Below are positions 26,101 to 40,700 of a stretch of DNA of 64,000 nucleotides, piece after piece; within the stretch, counting starts at the first letter, position 1; the number at the start of each line of letters is the position of its first letter. Position numbers and translations under genes: made by a program. The stretch is from the NCBI GenBank assembly GCA_040954595.2, contig CM082598.2, forward strand, positions 5,409,097 to 5,473,096, in the 5' to 3' direction. Under the pieces are notes generated by a model. The model saw only the letters and a list, made by a program, of their open reading frames with translations. It searched no databases and was not told the origin of the DNA. This DNA comes from Balanoglossus misakiensis (Eukaryota; Animalia; Hemichordata).

Positions 26101-28414
26101 CTTCATTGTGGGTTAAAGGGACAAAGTCTCTCTCTCTCTCGCTGCCCCTGCTTGTAGACACAAGAATGAAAAACTCGCCAAAATGAATAATCGGTCTCTA
26201 CCATTTATTCATTTTGGCGAGATTATTACTCTCATATCCTACAAACGGGATGGAAGTTGTGTGTGGTCGAACGTAGATTCACTATATATCCACATATAGA
26301 ATAACATAAATGGTGTCTTGTATCAAACATACTTAATGGAGAAGGGGCAGCGAGAGAGAGACAGCTTTGTCCCTTTAACACACATGTAAAGTGCACATGG
26401 ACTCGAATAAAGTGGCCACTATATACAGGTGGTCACTAACACAGGTTTGACTGTTGTACTCACTTTATTCAATCTGGACATCTCCTCCACCATAGTGTGC
26501 AAATCTTCAAGTTTCCTTGTTTTCTGGAGATAAAAAAAATAACATTTTAGGTCAACTGTCAGGCCACCAGGAAACAATTCAACACAAGCAATTAAGGATG
26601 TCCATGCAATGTTACAGCGAGATTAAATTTATTCATCAGAATTGTTGAACAACAGTGTCATTTTACCTGACATGTTAGAAACTGAGTTCAATGGGGGAAT
26701 ACTAAATATGACTATTTTGTTGAATGTGAGACAAATACCTTTGAATGATTATTTTGTATCAAGAGTAAAGTAAAAAATTGGTGATGTCATTTGTAAAATT
26801 TACTTTGTCAATAAATATTATGAACAAATTATGTTTATTGCACATTTTCTTACAGATATCTTTAGATTTTAATAAGAATATTTTACAAGAATCCATAAGC
26901 CAAAGACTTGGAATAGTTTAATTATATGTCAATCCTTAAGATCTTGTTGCATATGTTCTTTTGTCAAACTATACCATAACAGATACATTCCCCTTAGCCC
27001 AGAACTGGATTTATAGGAAACAATCTATTATTAATCATCAAAGACAAAAGTTCATGTACATTTGGAAGGGTAAAGCACCAGTTAATAGATATTACAAAGC
27101 AATGTGACAGGATTTGAGTCATCACCACATTTCATTTCATTGCAATATAGAACCCTAACCCAGAACTAGGTTTGAGTGATTGGCACCATTTTTGTATCAA
27201 GCCCAGGAAGATTATCTGAAAGATCACTTTATTAAGGATGAACAATCAGTTAAATTGAAAGTATTGTCATTTCTTTTAATTGTGGATATTTGGATCCTTT
27301 GTAAGCATAATAAAAATCTGTAAGAAAATATAGGGGTCACTGTGCTTCTTTTCGAAATACAAGGCCATTAAATAAAAGTGGATGATTTTAGGAAAATTGA
27401 TGAGTGAGAGCATTTTTTTGCCAGTGGTTTGTCTATGGGCAAAACATTTAACGAAGTTTATCTCAAAATAGAGCGTGGTGACCATCCAATTTTCTTTGAC
27501 CGGTTTTTTTTTTTTTTATTTGACTGAGCAATGGGTAAAATTTCATGAAAATGACAATATAGAAGTGAATTTTCTAGCAATGTCAATGCAATCCTATGGG
27601 AAGTTACTTGATTTATGTTGCATTATCTATGGCTCGAGTTATATTTTAATTCTCACATAGGTTCTGGATGCAAAATTTAAATAATTTGATAAATTTCTAT
27701 TGTACACTACATTTTGGATGCACAGTCACCATATAGCAACTTTGTCCTCCATATACAAGCAAATACTGGTTCTTTCTTGGTAAGACACAAGCGGCATAAA
27801 TATGAAAAGTCTTTCAAAAAACAACAAACCCCTTCTACTTGAAATTCTTGCAAGCCTCGCACACAGGGCCACCACATTCTTAAAATTAAAATATTGTACG
27901 CAAGTTTTCAGAGACATGCGAGAAACATCCTTTTTGGCCGCACAGGAGAAAAAAAAGTTGCATTTGCACTTCAGAACATGCAAATATAAACTATCATTCA
28001 AAACATAATAAACATAGACAAAAAAATCAAAATTTAAACTTCTAAAATAACACCATATAGCGGTACATGTACCTGTTTTAGTATGGACACATGCTGGCGT
28101 TAAAAATAAAGTGGTTACCAAGTTAGCTACCCTTTGACTTTAAATTAATCTTTCTTAAAATACTGTAAAACACTTTATTTTTGCGAGCAATATATTTTCG
28201 CCAAATACGCGAGAGCCAAAATAGCGTGAAAATAAAAAGTCGCGTAATTTTTTTTTTAAGATAACGACACAGTGAATGAAATAAGAGAACGCGAAAATTA
28301 AAACTCGCGAAACAGTGGCCTCTCTCGATATCGCGAAAAATTTAACTCGCGAAAATAAAGTGTTTTACAGTATTCATCCCAAAACATCTCATGAAACATG
28401 TTTTTGCTTGAGTG

Positions 28415-28453
<39 letters not shown>

Positions 28454-31400
28454 CATGCGTGCTTGCGTGCGTGTGCGTCTCTGTCTCTCTCTCTGTCTGA
28501 TCACACCCGACAGTTTAGCTGCTGTGAACACATTCATGAATTTATATTTATCAAAGATTTAAAAGCACAGTTGACATGCAGCACAAAATACGTGAACAAT
28601 TTGTAAAAGGTGGAACCGAAAAAATAGTGCACACTGTTCTGACACGAAAGACACATTTTAACCCATTCACCAACCATGGTTCAGTCCAAACCCATTGTTT
28701 ACTATGGGAAGGTTGGACCTCTAGAGAGGAAACTGGGGGTGAAAGGGTTGTTGGAGTATAACCACCCTACCTCTGTCAGTTCCACTTCTTTTATCACAAT
28801 CTGTTCTTCAATCTCCTGACTTCGCTTCTGCAAGAAGATTCAATTTTACAGTTCAGCACAGGTTACTTTTAAGGAATAATAGAACAATATCTTTCTTACA
28901 CGTGTATGTAACTGAAACTCGTGTTCTACTCACTAGCCTAGAAGTGAAAAATTATGCATCGTTTATTGGGACTGACATTACAGGTTGTAAATTGATGTAC
29001 ACTGTAATGGCCTGCAAGGTTGACACAACACTTAGTACACAGGGGTCATCCTTGACTCCATATCTTGTCTCTTTGACTATTTTACACGATTTGGAAAATA
29101 AATGTAACAAAAAGAGGTCAAGGGGATGACCCCTTCTTTTGACAACATTGAAAGAAGAAGGTTTCAGCAACACTCATTTCAACTCTATAGAATCACAAAA
29201 AACTACTGTAAAACACTTTATTTTCACGAGCAATAAATTTTCGCGAAATACACGAAAGCCAAAACAGCGTGAAAATAAAAAGTTGTGTAATTTTTTTAAA
29301 GATAATGATGCAGTGAATGAAATAAGAGAACGCGAAAATTAATACACGCGAAACAGTGGCCTCTCTCGATAACGTGAAAATTTCAACTCGCGAAAATAAA
29401 GTGTTTTACAGTATGTTACCTTGGTTTCTTCCATATTGATTCTGACATGCTTATTGTCTCTCTGCATTGCCTCCAAGTTCAATGATGCCCTCTGCAACTG
29501 TAACACAAGAAAAATATTACCATTTAATGTATATAATTTCTTGTTCATCTCCCGAAACCATGTTACTCTGCCTACTATTCTGCTTGACAAAGTCTCTACA
29601 TGTACCTGTGCAATGACCACTGTAATCACTGACACTAAATTAAATTTAAAATTTTAACAATTTCAATACAGACTTAACACATGGGACTATGTCCATAAGC
29701 TAAACACTGAGTAATCTGATATGCTTCAAAGAATTGCACACATAAAAAATTGAAGTTGATACATATACAATAATTGGAAATAAATTTAACCAGTGTTTCA
29801 AGAAAAACAATTCCTAAAATCTTGAAAAGAATAATCTAATGGATAAGGTTTTTCAGACCTTTCTGTGTCAACTCGTACAGATTGAAGGTATACAGTCACC
29901 TCCAATTTACATACGCCCATATATGGCTGTAATGGAGTATTTGAGCATTCTAAAGAACATATGGTGGTGCTCTTTTTTTCGCGTGTGCCACCCACTGAAA
30001 ATCTGTGATTGGCTAGATCTCAATTTTCCATAGGTGACCATATACCTTTAACCCAAAACATAATATAAATCAATGTTTTTTTTACCTCATCTTGTAGATT
30101 TGATATTCTGACATCAACAATACTCTTCTCTTTTTCCTGAGAGAAAATTAATAATTAGGATCATCAAAGTCATTTGGCAAATTTTGACATTTACAATAGA
30201 TGATTTTCCTTGGAGGAGCTGTAAGTAACTGTAACTTTTTTTTGTATGTGAAACAACATTTTTCTTATTCCACTGTAGCATGATTAAAGGGACATTAGCT
30301 GTCACTTTTGGTTATTTTTCTAGCATTTCGCAATTTCATGACCTATTCCAAACATCATGCAAATATAAACAGTACTCCAAGCCTGTATGTGTATAACAGC
30401 CACTGTTAGTGTTCACAAATGAATTGTAGTTCAGACTTGACTTCACATTTTGCACTATTATTATACTAAACAAGCTGACTGACTCAGTGACAGGACAACG
30501 ACTTACCATTTGTGTACACTTTACACGAAGATCTTTGTTGTTTTCTTCCAAAGTAGCAATAGCTCCTCGCAAATCTTCATTCTCTTCCCTTACAGAGTTG
30601 GCCCGGAGAATTGCTTCATGAGAACTAGTGAAACAGAGAAAAAGTATTTTGAAACTGAGAAATATACATCCTCCTTTACCCCCCTTCATGATATTTACTG
30701 ATATCATGCCCGAATAAACAGTTTCATTCAGCAAAGATGAAAGAGTAAGAATTCTAGGACTTTTAAATGTTTGTCGGTCTCTACATTTATTCATATTGGC
30801 AAATTTTTACTCTCATATCATACAAGCGGGATGGAAGTTGTGTGTGGTTGAATGTTCATTCACTACACATACATTAACATAAAATGGTGTCTTGTATCAA
30901 ACATAATTAATGGAAAAAGGGCAGTGAGAGAGCGACTTTGTCCCTTTCAGGGGTGGTTCATATTTCCTATAGTGTAACATGTTAGAACTTGTGATTAGCT
31001 TTGATTAATAGAAATCTAGCCAATCATAAGTTTTTACTTGTCACACTGTTTGCTGAAAAAGTACCTTTTATGTTTGGTTTTTAAATCTTCCACTTCCTGA
31101 ATGAGAGCTGCATTTGCATCTTCTGTGGTCTCCATCTGGGCATGCAACTTGACATTCTGTTCTGTCAGTTTCTTCACCTGGTGTTGAAGATCTTCAATCT
31201 GGTTTTGTAACTCTATCAAATCACTGAAACAAAGACGTTAAGATCTTCAATCAATCTGATTAAAATCAGATGTAGGGAACGGCGACGTGTTTTTTTTATG
31301 CTGTGATCTTCAATCTGGTTTTGTAACTCTATCAAATCACTGAAACAAAGACATTAAGATCTTCAATCTGACCTTGAAACTCTACAAAAAAACACTTCAT

Positions 31401-31663
31401 AGAGAGTAGCCTCGAAAATCTGATATTCTCTTCTCAAGTGTGTCTAACCACTGGAGTTTCATTTAGATGGAATTTCTTCAGAGTTGCATATCAGGTCTTC
31501 TCAAATTAAATTTCAAATTCACATATGTCGCCTGAAATTGCATTGGATGTCACCCACAAATTTTTTAGCCCCCTGCTAGGCTGCATAAGGCTTGAAAATT
31601 AATCGACAAATACTATCAGGTGTTTCAACAGAGTCTTAGAAATAAATCATAAAAATTAATCCT

Positions 31664-31701
<38 letters not shown>

Positions 31702-34700
31702 AAAGCTATTTCAGATCACTGTTGCCTTAAAATTGCACTGCCTCTAAACTACACTTACTTGTCAGACGTAGGCACCTCATCTGGTACACCTTCCAAACTG
31801 CCATAACTAACCAGGGACAAGTCATGTATTCCTGTGAAAGCAATTGTTTAAATGTTTAGTGTTCTCTCTGTCTAAATCTGCTGAAACTAGAGATGTTCGA
31901 CCAGACACAACTTCCATCGCACTTGTAGACACGAGATTGAAAAACCCGCCAAAATGAATAATTGGTATTCACCTCTTATTCATTTTGGGCGAGTTTTTAT
32001 TCTCATATCCTAAAAACAGGATGGACGGTGTGTGTGGTTGAACATTGATTCACTATATATCCACATGTAGAATAACATAAACAGTGTCTTATATCAAACA
32101 TAATTAATGGAAAAATTAGGGAAGCGAGAGAGAGACTTTTCCCTTTAATGCAAATTCTGGATTTCCACTATGAGCCTACCCTTTTTAGGACTTGAACCTG
32201 GCTGCCTGTGACGACTTTTCTCCCATCGTGATGTATTAGGAGTGGATTCCAGAGGCACTTGTCTCGGTGTACCATCAGGAAAAACATCATCTGTCTCTTC
32301 ACCTGCATTCCTACAAAAATGTTGGGACAAGTTAAAGTGTAAGTTTTGAATGTAAAATCAGAAGAAAAAATATGCATAAGGTACTGTACCAATAATAATA
32401 AATGGTTAAAGGGACAAAGTCTCTCTCTCGCTGCCCTTTTTCCATTAATTATTTTTGATACAAGACAATGTTTATGTTATTCTACATGTGGATATATAGT
32501 GGAATCAACATTCGACCACACACAACTTCCATCCCGTTTGTAGGATATGGAGTAAAAATCCCACCCAAATGAATAAATGGTAAACACCGATTATTCATTT
32601 TGGCGAGTTTTTCACTCTGGTGTCTACAAGTGGGATGGAAGCTGTGTGTGGTCACTATACCTAGATTCACTATATCTAGAATAACATAAACAGTATCTTG
32701 TATCAAAGATAACTAATGCTAAAAGGGCAGTGGGAGAGAGACTTTGTCCCTTTAAGTATCACAAACTCACTTCCTCTTTTGCAGAGATTCAATCCATTTA
32801 GTGACACCACTATGATAGGTCTGTAAGTTTATATTGGTATCTTGACAGCCAGGATCCAGTATCCGACCAAGTTCCTCAATATCACCAGACTGAAACACAC
32901 AAAATAAAACATTTTATTTATCAGAATATCCAACATAAATATTTATAGCATGCCAGTTCTAACAAGGACAATTATGTCTCAAACCAAAAAAACTGACCAA
33001 CTTTACACTTGGTAATAGTGTGCCCTCTAACAGACATAATTTTAAAGTGTTTGAGTCAATTTGAGGATTTCTAAAAATTTCTCTGAGTCAGGCCTATACC
33101 ATTGCATGGATTGTAGATAATTCTCTTGAGTCACCAGTGAGTTTGAGTCAGTGGCTCGTCAAATGGTCTTAGAGGGCACACTGCTTTACTAAGAGCAAAT
33201 TCATCTAGACATGGACTTGTTTGAAATACTACTGAATAATTTTACCCTCAAATGCATAAACACCCACATCACAGAAAGCTTGTGCTTTGCAGATTTTTAA
33301 TAATTTCCTGTCTTTCATATTTTTTCTCTACAACTTTTTCTCTCGCATATTGTGTGTCATGTCATTTAAAAGTTTACAGCAGAAAAGTTTGTTTACTAGA
33401 ACATGTGTAGTGATTTGGAAATGAACACTTCCACAGCATAGAGCATCAATAGGCAAGTTGTAAAGTAGTTCCAGTCAATGGACTATTCATATTCAAATCC
33501 GATTAGTTTCATTGGCTGTTCAATGTGTAGTGATACAGTGGAGATTGAGTGAATTTGAAATTTACATATGAATAAAAATATTTAAATAACAAAGGAGTAT
33601 CAGTAAAGGTGGCAAATTCAAAAGGGGCATTGTTGAGTTGGATCAGTGCTAAACTGGAGATAAACCTGCAAGAACGAAGTAACTGTCTACAGTACTGCTT
33701 ATAATCCTAGCCTAAAGTTAAAGGTATACGGTCACCTATTGAAAATTACCTACAGTTACCATGGCAAATTGAGACCAAGCCAATTGCTGATTTTCAGTGG
33801 GTGGTACACGCGAAAAAAAGAGCGCCACCATATGTTCTTTAGAACGCTCAAATACGCAATTTCAGCCAAATATGGGCGAATGTAAATTAGAGGTGACTGT
33901 ATACCTTTAAGAACCACACCAAAGGATAATGCGATAAACTGTATCAGTGTATGGCTGCAATCCAAAAGGCAAAACCCCCATGGATTGACACCATAACCCC
34001 ATAAAATGTTTACTGGAAACAAATTTATGCAAAGTTTATTTTCTCCATAATTATTTTTCTTAAAATCAAGGTAAAAATATAATGTTTATGAGTTTTTAGC
34101 TTTAATAAAGTTAATCATTCTTACCACTATTGGAAAATGAATTGCAGTATATTTGAAAGGTCTGCTAGAGTCTCCAGTGACCAAAACAAATCTTAGTGTT
34201 TTTCATTGTTTTTCAGATATGCACAATGTGTATGTTTATACATATTGTAACATTGCTTTCCTTTTATTTCCTTTTTATTAAAGCAAATAAACCAAGATGA
34301 GAGATGAAAGCCATAGGAATACAAGATTATGGGAAAAAAATGTTGAACTCTCTACACTGTAAATGCCTATACTCAGTGCTCTGTTGCTATGGTGAGCTGG
34401 CATTTTGACAACTAGGCATATTTGTGGCATGGTAACGCATTTAAGAGGGTTTTGAAAAAATAAACCATCAAGACTTTTTTCAGAGCTGTGTCAATGGGTC
34501 AATGTTAAACTTAAAGTGTAGTGGTCGTCGCGCTGCGTTTGGTTGTTTATAAACATTACAATTCATCCACAAATCCCTGAAAATTATTCTTAGAATGAAC
34601 AAAGCAGCCAACCATAGCCAACAGGGCATGACAGCAACTGAAGATCCTAATAGGTCGTGGAGACTGCAGTGGGGTTTATGCTGGTATGGGAGGAGGACAT

Positions 34701-37700
34701 ATTCTCATCAAGGGAGATACCCATGCAGTGTGACGACCAATTCCCTCTAAATGATGTGTATAAATGTCATATACCCCCCAAAAAAACACCAGGATGTGAG
34801 GTCACTCAGGGGTCATGAGAGTGTCCTATATTGGCCAAATGCCTTTTATTTAGATGGCCGACTGCAAGTTTGCATATACCCCCGGGTATCTATTGTACTT
34901 TGTCAGGAATCAAGGATAGCAGAGAATGAAATGTCAGGAGTCAAGGAGGTGGCCACTAGGTTTGACTTTGTGCACAAAACACATGCCTTCATCTATACAT
35001 GGCTGTATTTTGTGAAACAACATAACCTTATATATAGCCTATTAATAGCTTAATGAATTGAGAGTCATTAAGCTGTGAGAATTTGACCTAACAGATGGTG
35101 TCCCCTACCCAGCATATATAATATGCAGCTAAATTAAGGTAACATATTATCCAAGGTAAAGTTACACAGCTGCTGATGCTCAACAAATGATAATTTGTAC
35201 CATACAAGTCTCTATACAACATTTCATAGTTTCAAGAACCAAAATCTGTCTAGAATTTCTAATCAACAAAGGTACCTACATGTTGGAAGCAAAACAGTAG
35301 CATGTGTAGAACACTAGATGCAGAGATCAAAAACCTTCCAAGACCTTCATGAGAAGCCAAGCGGAAAGCATCAAATGTTTAAATAACAAAACTATCACTG
35401 AAATACATGTACAGCAAGGAATGCTGAGCTTATAATGCCATGCATCGTCCTTCGGTCGCTATACATCAGGAGATGCAAGTGCATTTCTCTGTGCAAACTT
35501 CTCTATACAACCTGTCTATAGTGGCCAGTCAAGGGACTTTCCTAAACTGGCCTTCACAGACAGGTGGCATCTATATACAAGTCAAATTAAAGGTATACAG
35601 TCACCTCCAATTTACATATGCCCATATATGGCTGAAATGGCGTATTTGAGCGTTCTAAAGAACATGTGGTGGCTCTTTTTTTTTGCGTGTGCCACCCACT
35701 GAAAATCTGTGATTGGCTAGATCTCAATTTGCCATGGTAACTGTAGCTAATTTTCTATAGGTGACCGTATACCTTTAATGGACTGTAACAAAGTGACCAC
35801 TATAGAGGTGGCCACTAATACAGGTTTCATAATAATCTCACTTTTCTACTTTCATCATTCTTCTCCCGTCAATTTTTCTTTTCGTTTGATAAAATACAGC
35901 ACTGAGAGGCTGTTTTAAATAATGAATTCCAACATAGATCACAAGAAAATACAGAAAATGGGATTTATTAATTTAAAAAGTTGAGGTGCACCTCAGAAAC
36001 GACAAGTTTAGGGTAATAAATTAATCAAAACATATTCCAGACCATCAAAGAACTGAGAGATGTGATGTTTTCTATTGATAGCGCATTCCTTAATTTAATT
36101 GTTACTTTTCTAACAACGCAGTCAATTTGATTTGTAAAGAAATCAAACTTCCCATTGATTTCACGTGGCAAACTACTTGTGTTAAGTGTCTGTGCATGTT
36201 CGTGAATGTATTTTCAGTATGTACAGTGGGACATGCCATGAGCAGAACATGTACACTGTATGTCAATATTGACTGAAAAGAACACTGATGGTGTTGCATT
36301 TCTGTGACAGTACAGGTAGTTGTTCATCACTTGAGTAGACAGCTGCTTGTGTCTAGTTAATTTAATATCTGAATGATGCAGTGTACCGGTATAATGTGTA
36401 AATGGATATTTGAATCGCTAAAATATAAAAAAAAGTATCATCTTTAGACTTAAATAAACTCAGGTTACTAAGAGAAGTCCATTTAAACTATGCTGAAAGT
36501 GGCAACTATTGGGACTTCGATCTAAACTGGTCAACATGCAGTCTACAGTTTTGTCATCTTTCTTACCAAAATCTGAAAATTTACAGTATTGATGCACAGG
36601 GTCAATGTTATAGATTTGACTCTTTTTTTTAATCAAATTGCAACATGCAGTCACAATCTGGCATCGATAAGGTGTTCGTGGATACCTAAAGGCTATCAGT
36701 ATAAGCTTATTTAGATTGACCAATTTGAGTTGGAAAATAAAGTCATGAAAATAATGCACCAAGTGGCAGCTCTAGAGGCTTTAATAGTAAATGTTATAAA
36801 ATGTCCCCAAGAGAAAAACAACATCCATACGCATTCTAGGCATTCAAGGAAGATTTTTGTGTTGAACTTTGAAATCCACCAACAAAAGACAAAGCCACTT
36901 TGATCCTTATATTCCTGTATTATACAAATACAGTGGTGTGGTGCGGAGTATTCTGCTGTATTTTTTCACTCGCTGTGCTTGTGAAAGTTCTCCTGCAGAA
37001 AACACTGCATCACTCGTAAAAGTAACTTCTGTACGGCACAGATGATCGCGTGCAGAGGTCATGGAGTTCTGTCATATTAATTATAACTTTAGTGAAACAT
37101 TTTCAATGAGAGAATAAAATGAATTCTTCAGACAGCTGTGTTGATTTATATCAGAAATCATTTTCCTTACATAATTGTGAAAAGTAAAATTGACTATCTA
37201 TTTAATATCAGTCGTTGATTAGTTTATGATTACTTGGTACAGCTGTTTCATCTTTTGTTATATGTCAGAAGTGATTTTTTAGAAAACTGTTCCTCAGAAT
37301 TGCCAATGGAGGTGAACATACACTTTTGGGGTCCGACAACTACCATGACTGCATATATGCCCAATACCATGTCTATTGCATAATTATTTCTAATTAATTA
37401 AAGTTTTGCGTTGATTGCCCATGTCCCAAGTTTTAACTATGATGGTATAGTACCAGTAATTTTCACTACAAATATGTTAATATTAGCAGTTGAACAAGCT
37501 GGACAAAACATGCTCAAAGCAATCATGGTAAATTTATAAACAGCTAGTGGATAGACGCTGTATGTTCACAATCTCTCTCATTAAAATCAATCAAAATTTC
37601 CGTGCAATCATCAATAATTGTTCACAGACAACAGGGATGCATCCATATGCTATTGTTGATTGTTTGGCATATGCATTCCATCCTCCTATGGAGTATAATA

Positions 37701-40700
37701 AATAACTATTTTGTCATTCGTGATTGAAGATGCAATATGTGTTTTATTTCAGCTGCCACAGATGTTCGCAGGGGAAAACACACGCAACCACGTGATGATA
37801 ATTAATGGAAAAAGAGCAGCGAGAGAGAGACTTTGTCCCTTTAAGGTATACGGTTACCTATGGAAATTTAGCTACAGTTACATGTACCATGGTAAACTTG
37901 AGATCTCTCTCGCTGCCCTTTTTCCATTAATTATGTTTTATACAAGACACTGTTTATGTTATTCTACATATGTGGATATATAGTGAATCAACATTCAACC
38001 ACACACAACTTTTATCCCGTTTGTAGGATATGAGAGTAAAAACTTGCCCATTCAATGAATAAATGGTAGAGACCGATTATTCATTTTTGCGAGCTTTTCA
38101 TTTTCGTGTTTTCAAGTGGGATGGAAGGTGTGTGTGGTAAGTCGAACATTGATATGAACTATATATCCACATGTAGAATAACATAAACGGTGTCTTGTAT
38201 CAAACATAATTAATAGAAAAAGGGCAGCGAGAGAGAGACTTTGTCCCTTTAATACTACCAGTCATTTCCTGCAGGTCTCGCACGGTGCCCTGAACCCAAT
38301 CCACTGATAAACACGATGAGAAAACAACAGCTGTGAAACAAATACAATATTTGACTGCTTGAATGAAACAGAGCTGACATAAATCGCACACTCAAGTTAT
38401 TGACCCTTCTTCATTCAACATACTTAACTATAAACATAGCTCAGCCTGTCAAAATCAGATACCTCAGTTGTCATGGTAATGTATTGATTTCTTTTCTCCC
38501 TTGAAATGCATTGATTTTCTTCTTCATCTTTTAGAAGGAATGTATTATGTGTCTATTCTCATCAAATGATAACGACCACAGAAGGATGTCATACAATTCA
38601 AGTTCAAGTTTTATTTTTATTAATTTCATCTTATTTTTCAAATTTTATCATTAAAGGTATACGGTCACCTCCAATTTACATACGCCCATATATGGCTGAA
38701 ATGGCGTATTTGAGTGTTCTAAAGAACATATGGTGACGCTCTTTTTTTGCGTGTGCCACCCACTGAAAATCCGTGATTGGCTAGATCTCAAGTTTACCAT
38801 GGTAACTGTAGCTAATTTTCAATAGTTGACCATATACCGATGACAGGATGACTAAAAAGTTGCAAATCACGTAATACCTGACCACATTACACAACAGAAA
38901 AACATATAATTTAGTAAATCTTTTCAGATTGGAAATAATGCTATTTATGCATTTTGTCATTTATGATATTCAAGTTCACAGGCCTTCACATTATCCCCAT
39001 AAAAAATAATTGTGTGAAAACTGACAGTTGAAAGGTTTGGACATTTTCAAACAGCAAAAATCCACAGAAAAACATCCCAATATTAAGATTTTGCACTTGT
39101 TACTTGTTAGCAACAGCAACCAACATGCACATCAAACCCTCCAGTATCTTTAATCGTTCATAAAATATAATTAATAAAAGAATTCTGTGAATACAAGTGA
39201 CCACTTGAAATTGTCATACACAGCTGACACTTTCATCCATTTTGATTTTGGAAAAACTAGTGCTATTCATTTTCCTCAACAAATTATTTGATGGCTGTAC
39301 TTAGAGGATTCAGTCAGAAGACTTTGCACACACAAAGGCCTGAAAACAATCTGCCTCAAACCTCCCTCTATCAACTGCCTACGATCTACATTCAGACCAC
39401 TACATTCGCTAAGTTAATAACGTTACAATTATCACGCAACTACATTTAATGCAATTATAGAGCCACGGTATAAGAATCACTTAACTCTGATTCGTATTTT
39501 TTAAAAGCTTTATCAGTGATTCAGGTTAGTGCTCTACTTTACACAGAAATTTTCACCCAAATTTTGCACATTGAGACAAAGTTGAATTTCCATTAAACCA
39601 CAATATAGGGATTTTTTTAAAAACAAGTATAGATGGATCAGACAAATGAATCAATTAAGCCCAGTCAATATAAATGTCAAATTTAATTTCCAACAAAAAT
39701 TATTTTTTCGATCACTGGAATGCTAATATAAGTTTTGCCTCCCACACAAACTAGCTCACTATTTTAGGAAACCCATAAAATAATTAGCACAAATGATCAA
39801 CTCAAAAAAATATTGAAAATAACAAAATGTTTGAAGTGACATTAAGATTGAAATAAAGCATGATGCCTGACTGACCACAGATTCATATTATTTGACATTT
39901 CCAGTTCAGTAGAACACAGAATTTCCTTTGTACAAACAACTGACTTCCGGATCTTAAAGCATGCTTGAATTCACTTCTTTCAAACTCACTCACATGTGCG
40001 ACTAAATGCAGTAAATGATAATTTGCTTTTGAAAAGAGGCAGTGAAATTCTCTGTCGACTCTGAACTGGGTGGTATTTATTGGACCGAGTATGGTTTTAT
40101 AAAAACCAGCAGCTGTAATATGCAATAAGCAATCTTCTATTTTTAGAACAAAATTTCCTGCTAATATAATCACTGGTAATTTAGTTCTTAATAACAGAAA
40201 ATGTTTTTGCATCCATATACAGTGAAACTGTACAGAATGTGTGTGTGTGTTGAAAATGTTTTACTATGGTATCATGCACACTACCGGTACACCATAGCTC
40301 AGAAGTTTGTCACATTTATGGAACACTTTTACATATTTTTAATCGATAAAATACTTCAATCTTCTCCTTATCTTTAGTCGACAAATGACACTATGTTGAC
40401 TGTGTGAGGATTTAAAATGTAAGTGTGCCTACCACAATAGTTGGCAGCCATTGGGGCTTTTAGACTTTCAATAATTGAAGGGCGTGATAAATTTACCAGT
40501 GTTCTCCCCAGGATTTTGGGAAAGCAGGATGGCTAATTTGCATAACAATACGATTGATTGTTATGTTAATTAAGTTCTATTGTCTTCTCAAAATTATAGA
40601 GTGGTGGTTACCATGCTTTAATTGGTCCGGGGAGAACACGTACTGTCTACTGTTACGAACTAAAGAGCTGTATCTACCTTGAAATTGTTAAAGGGAAAAA

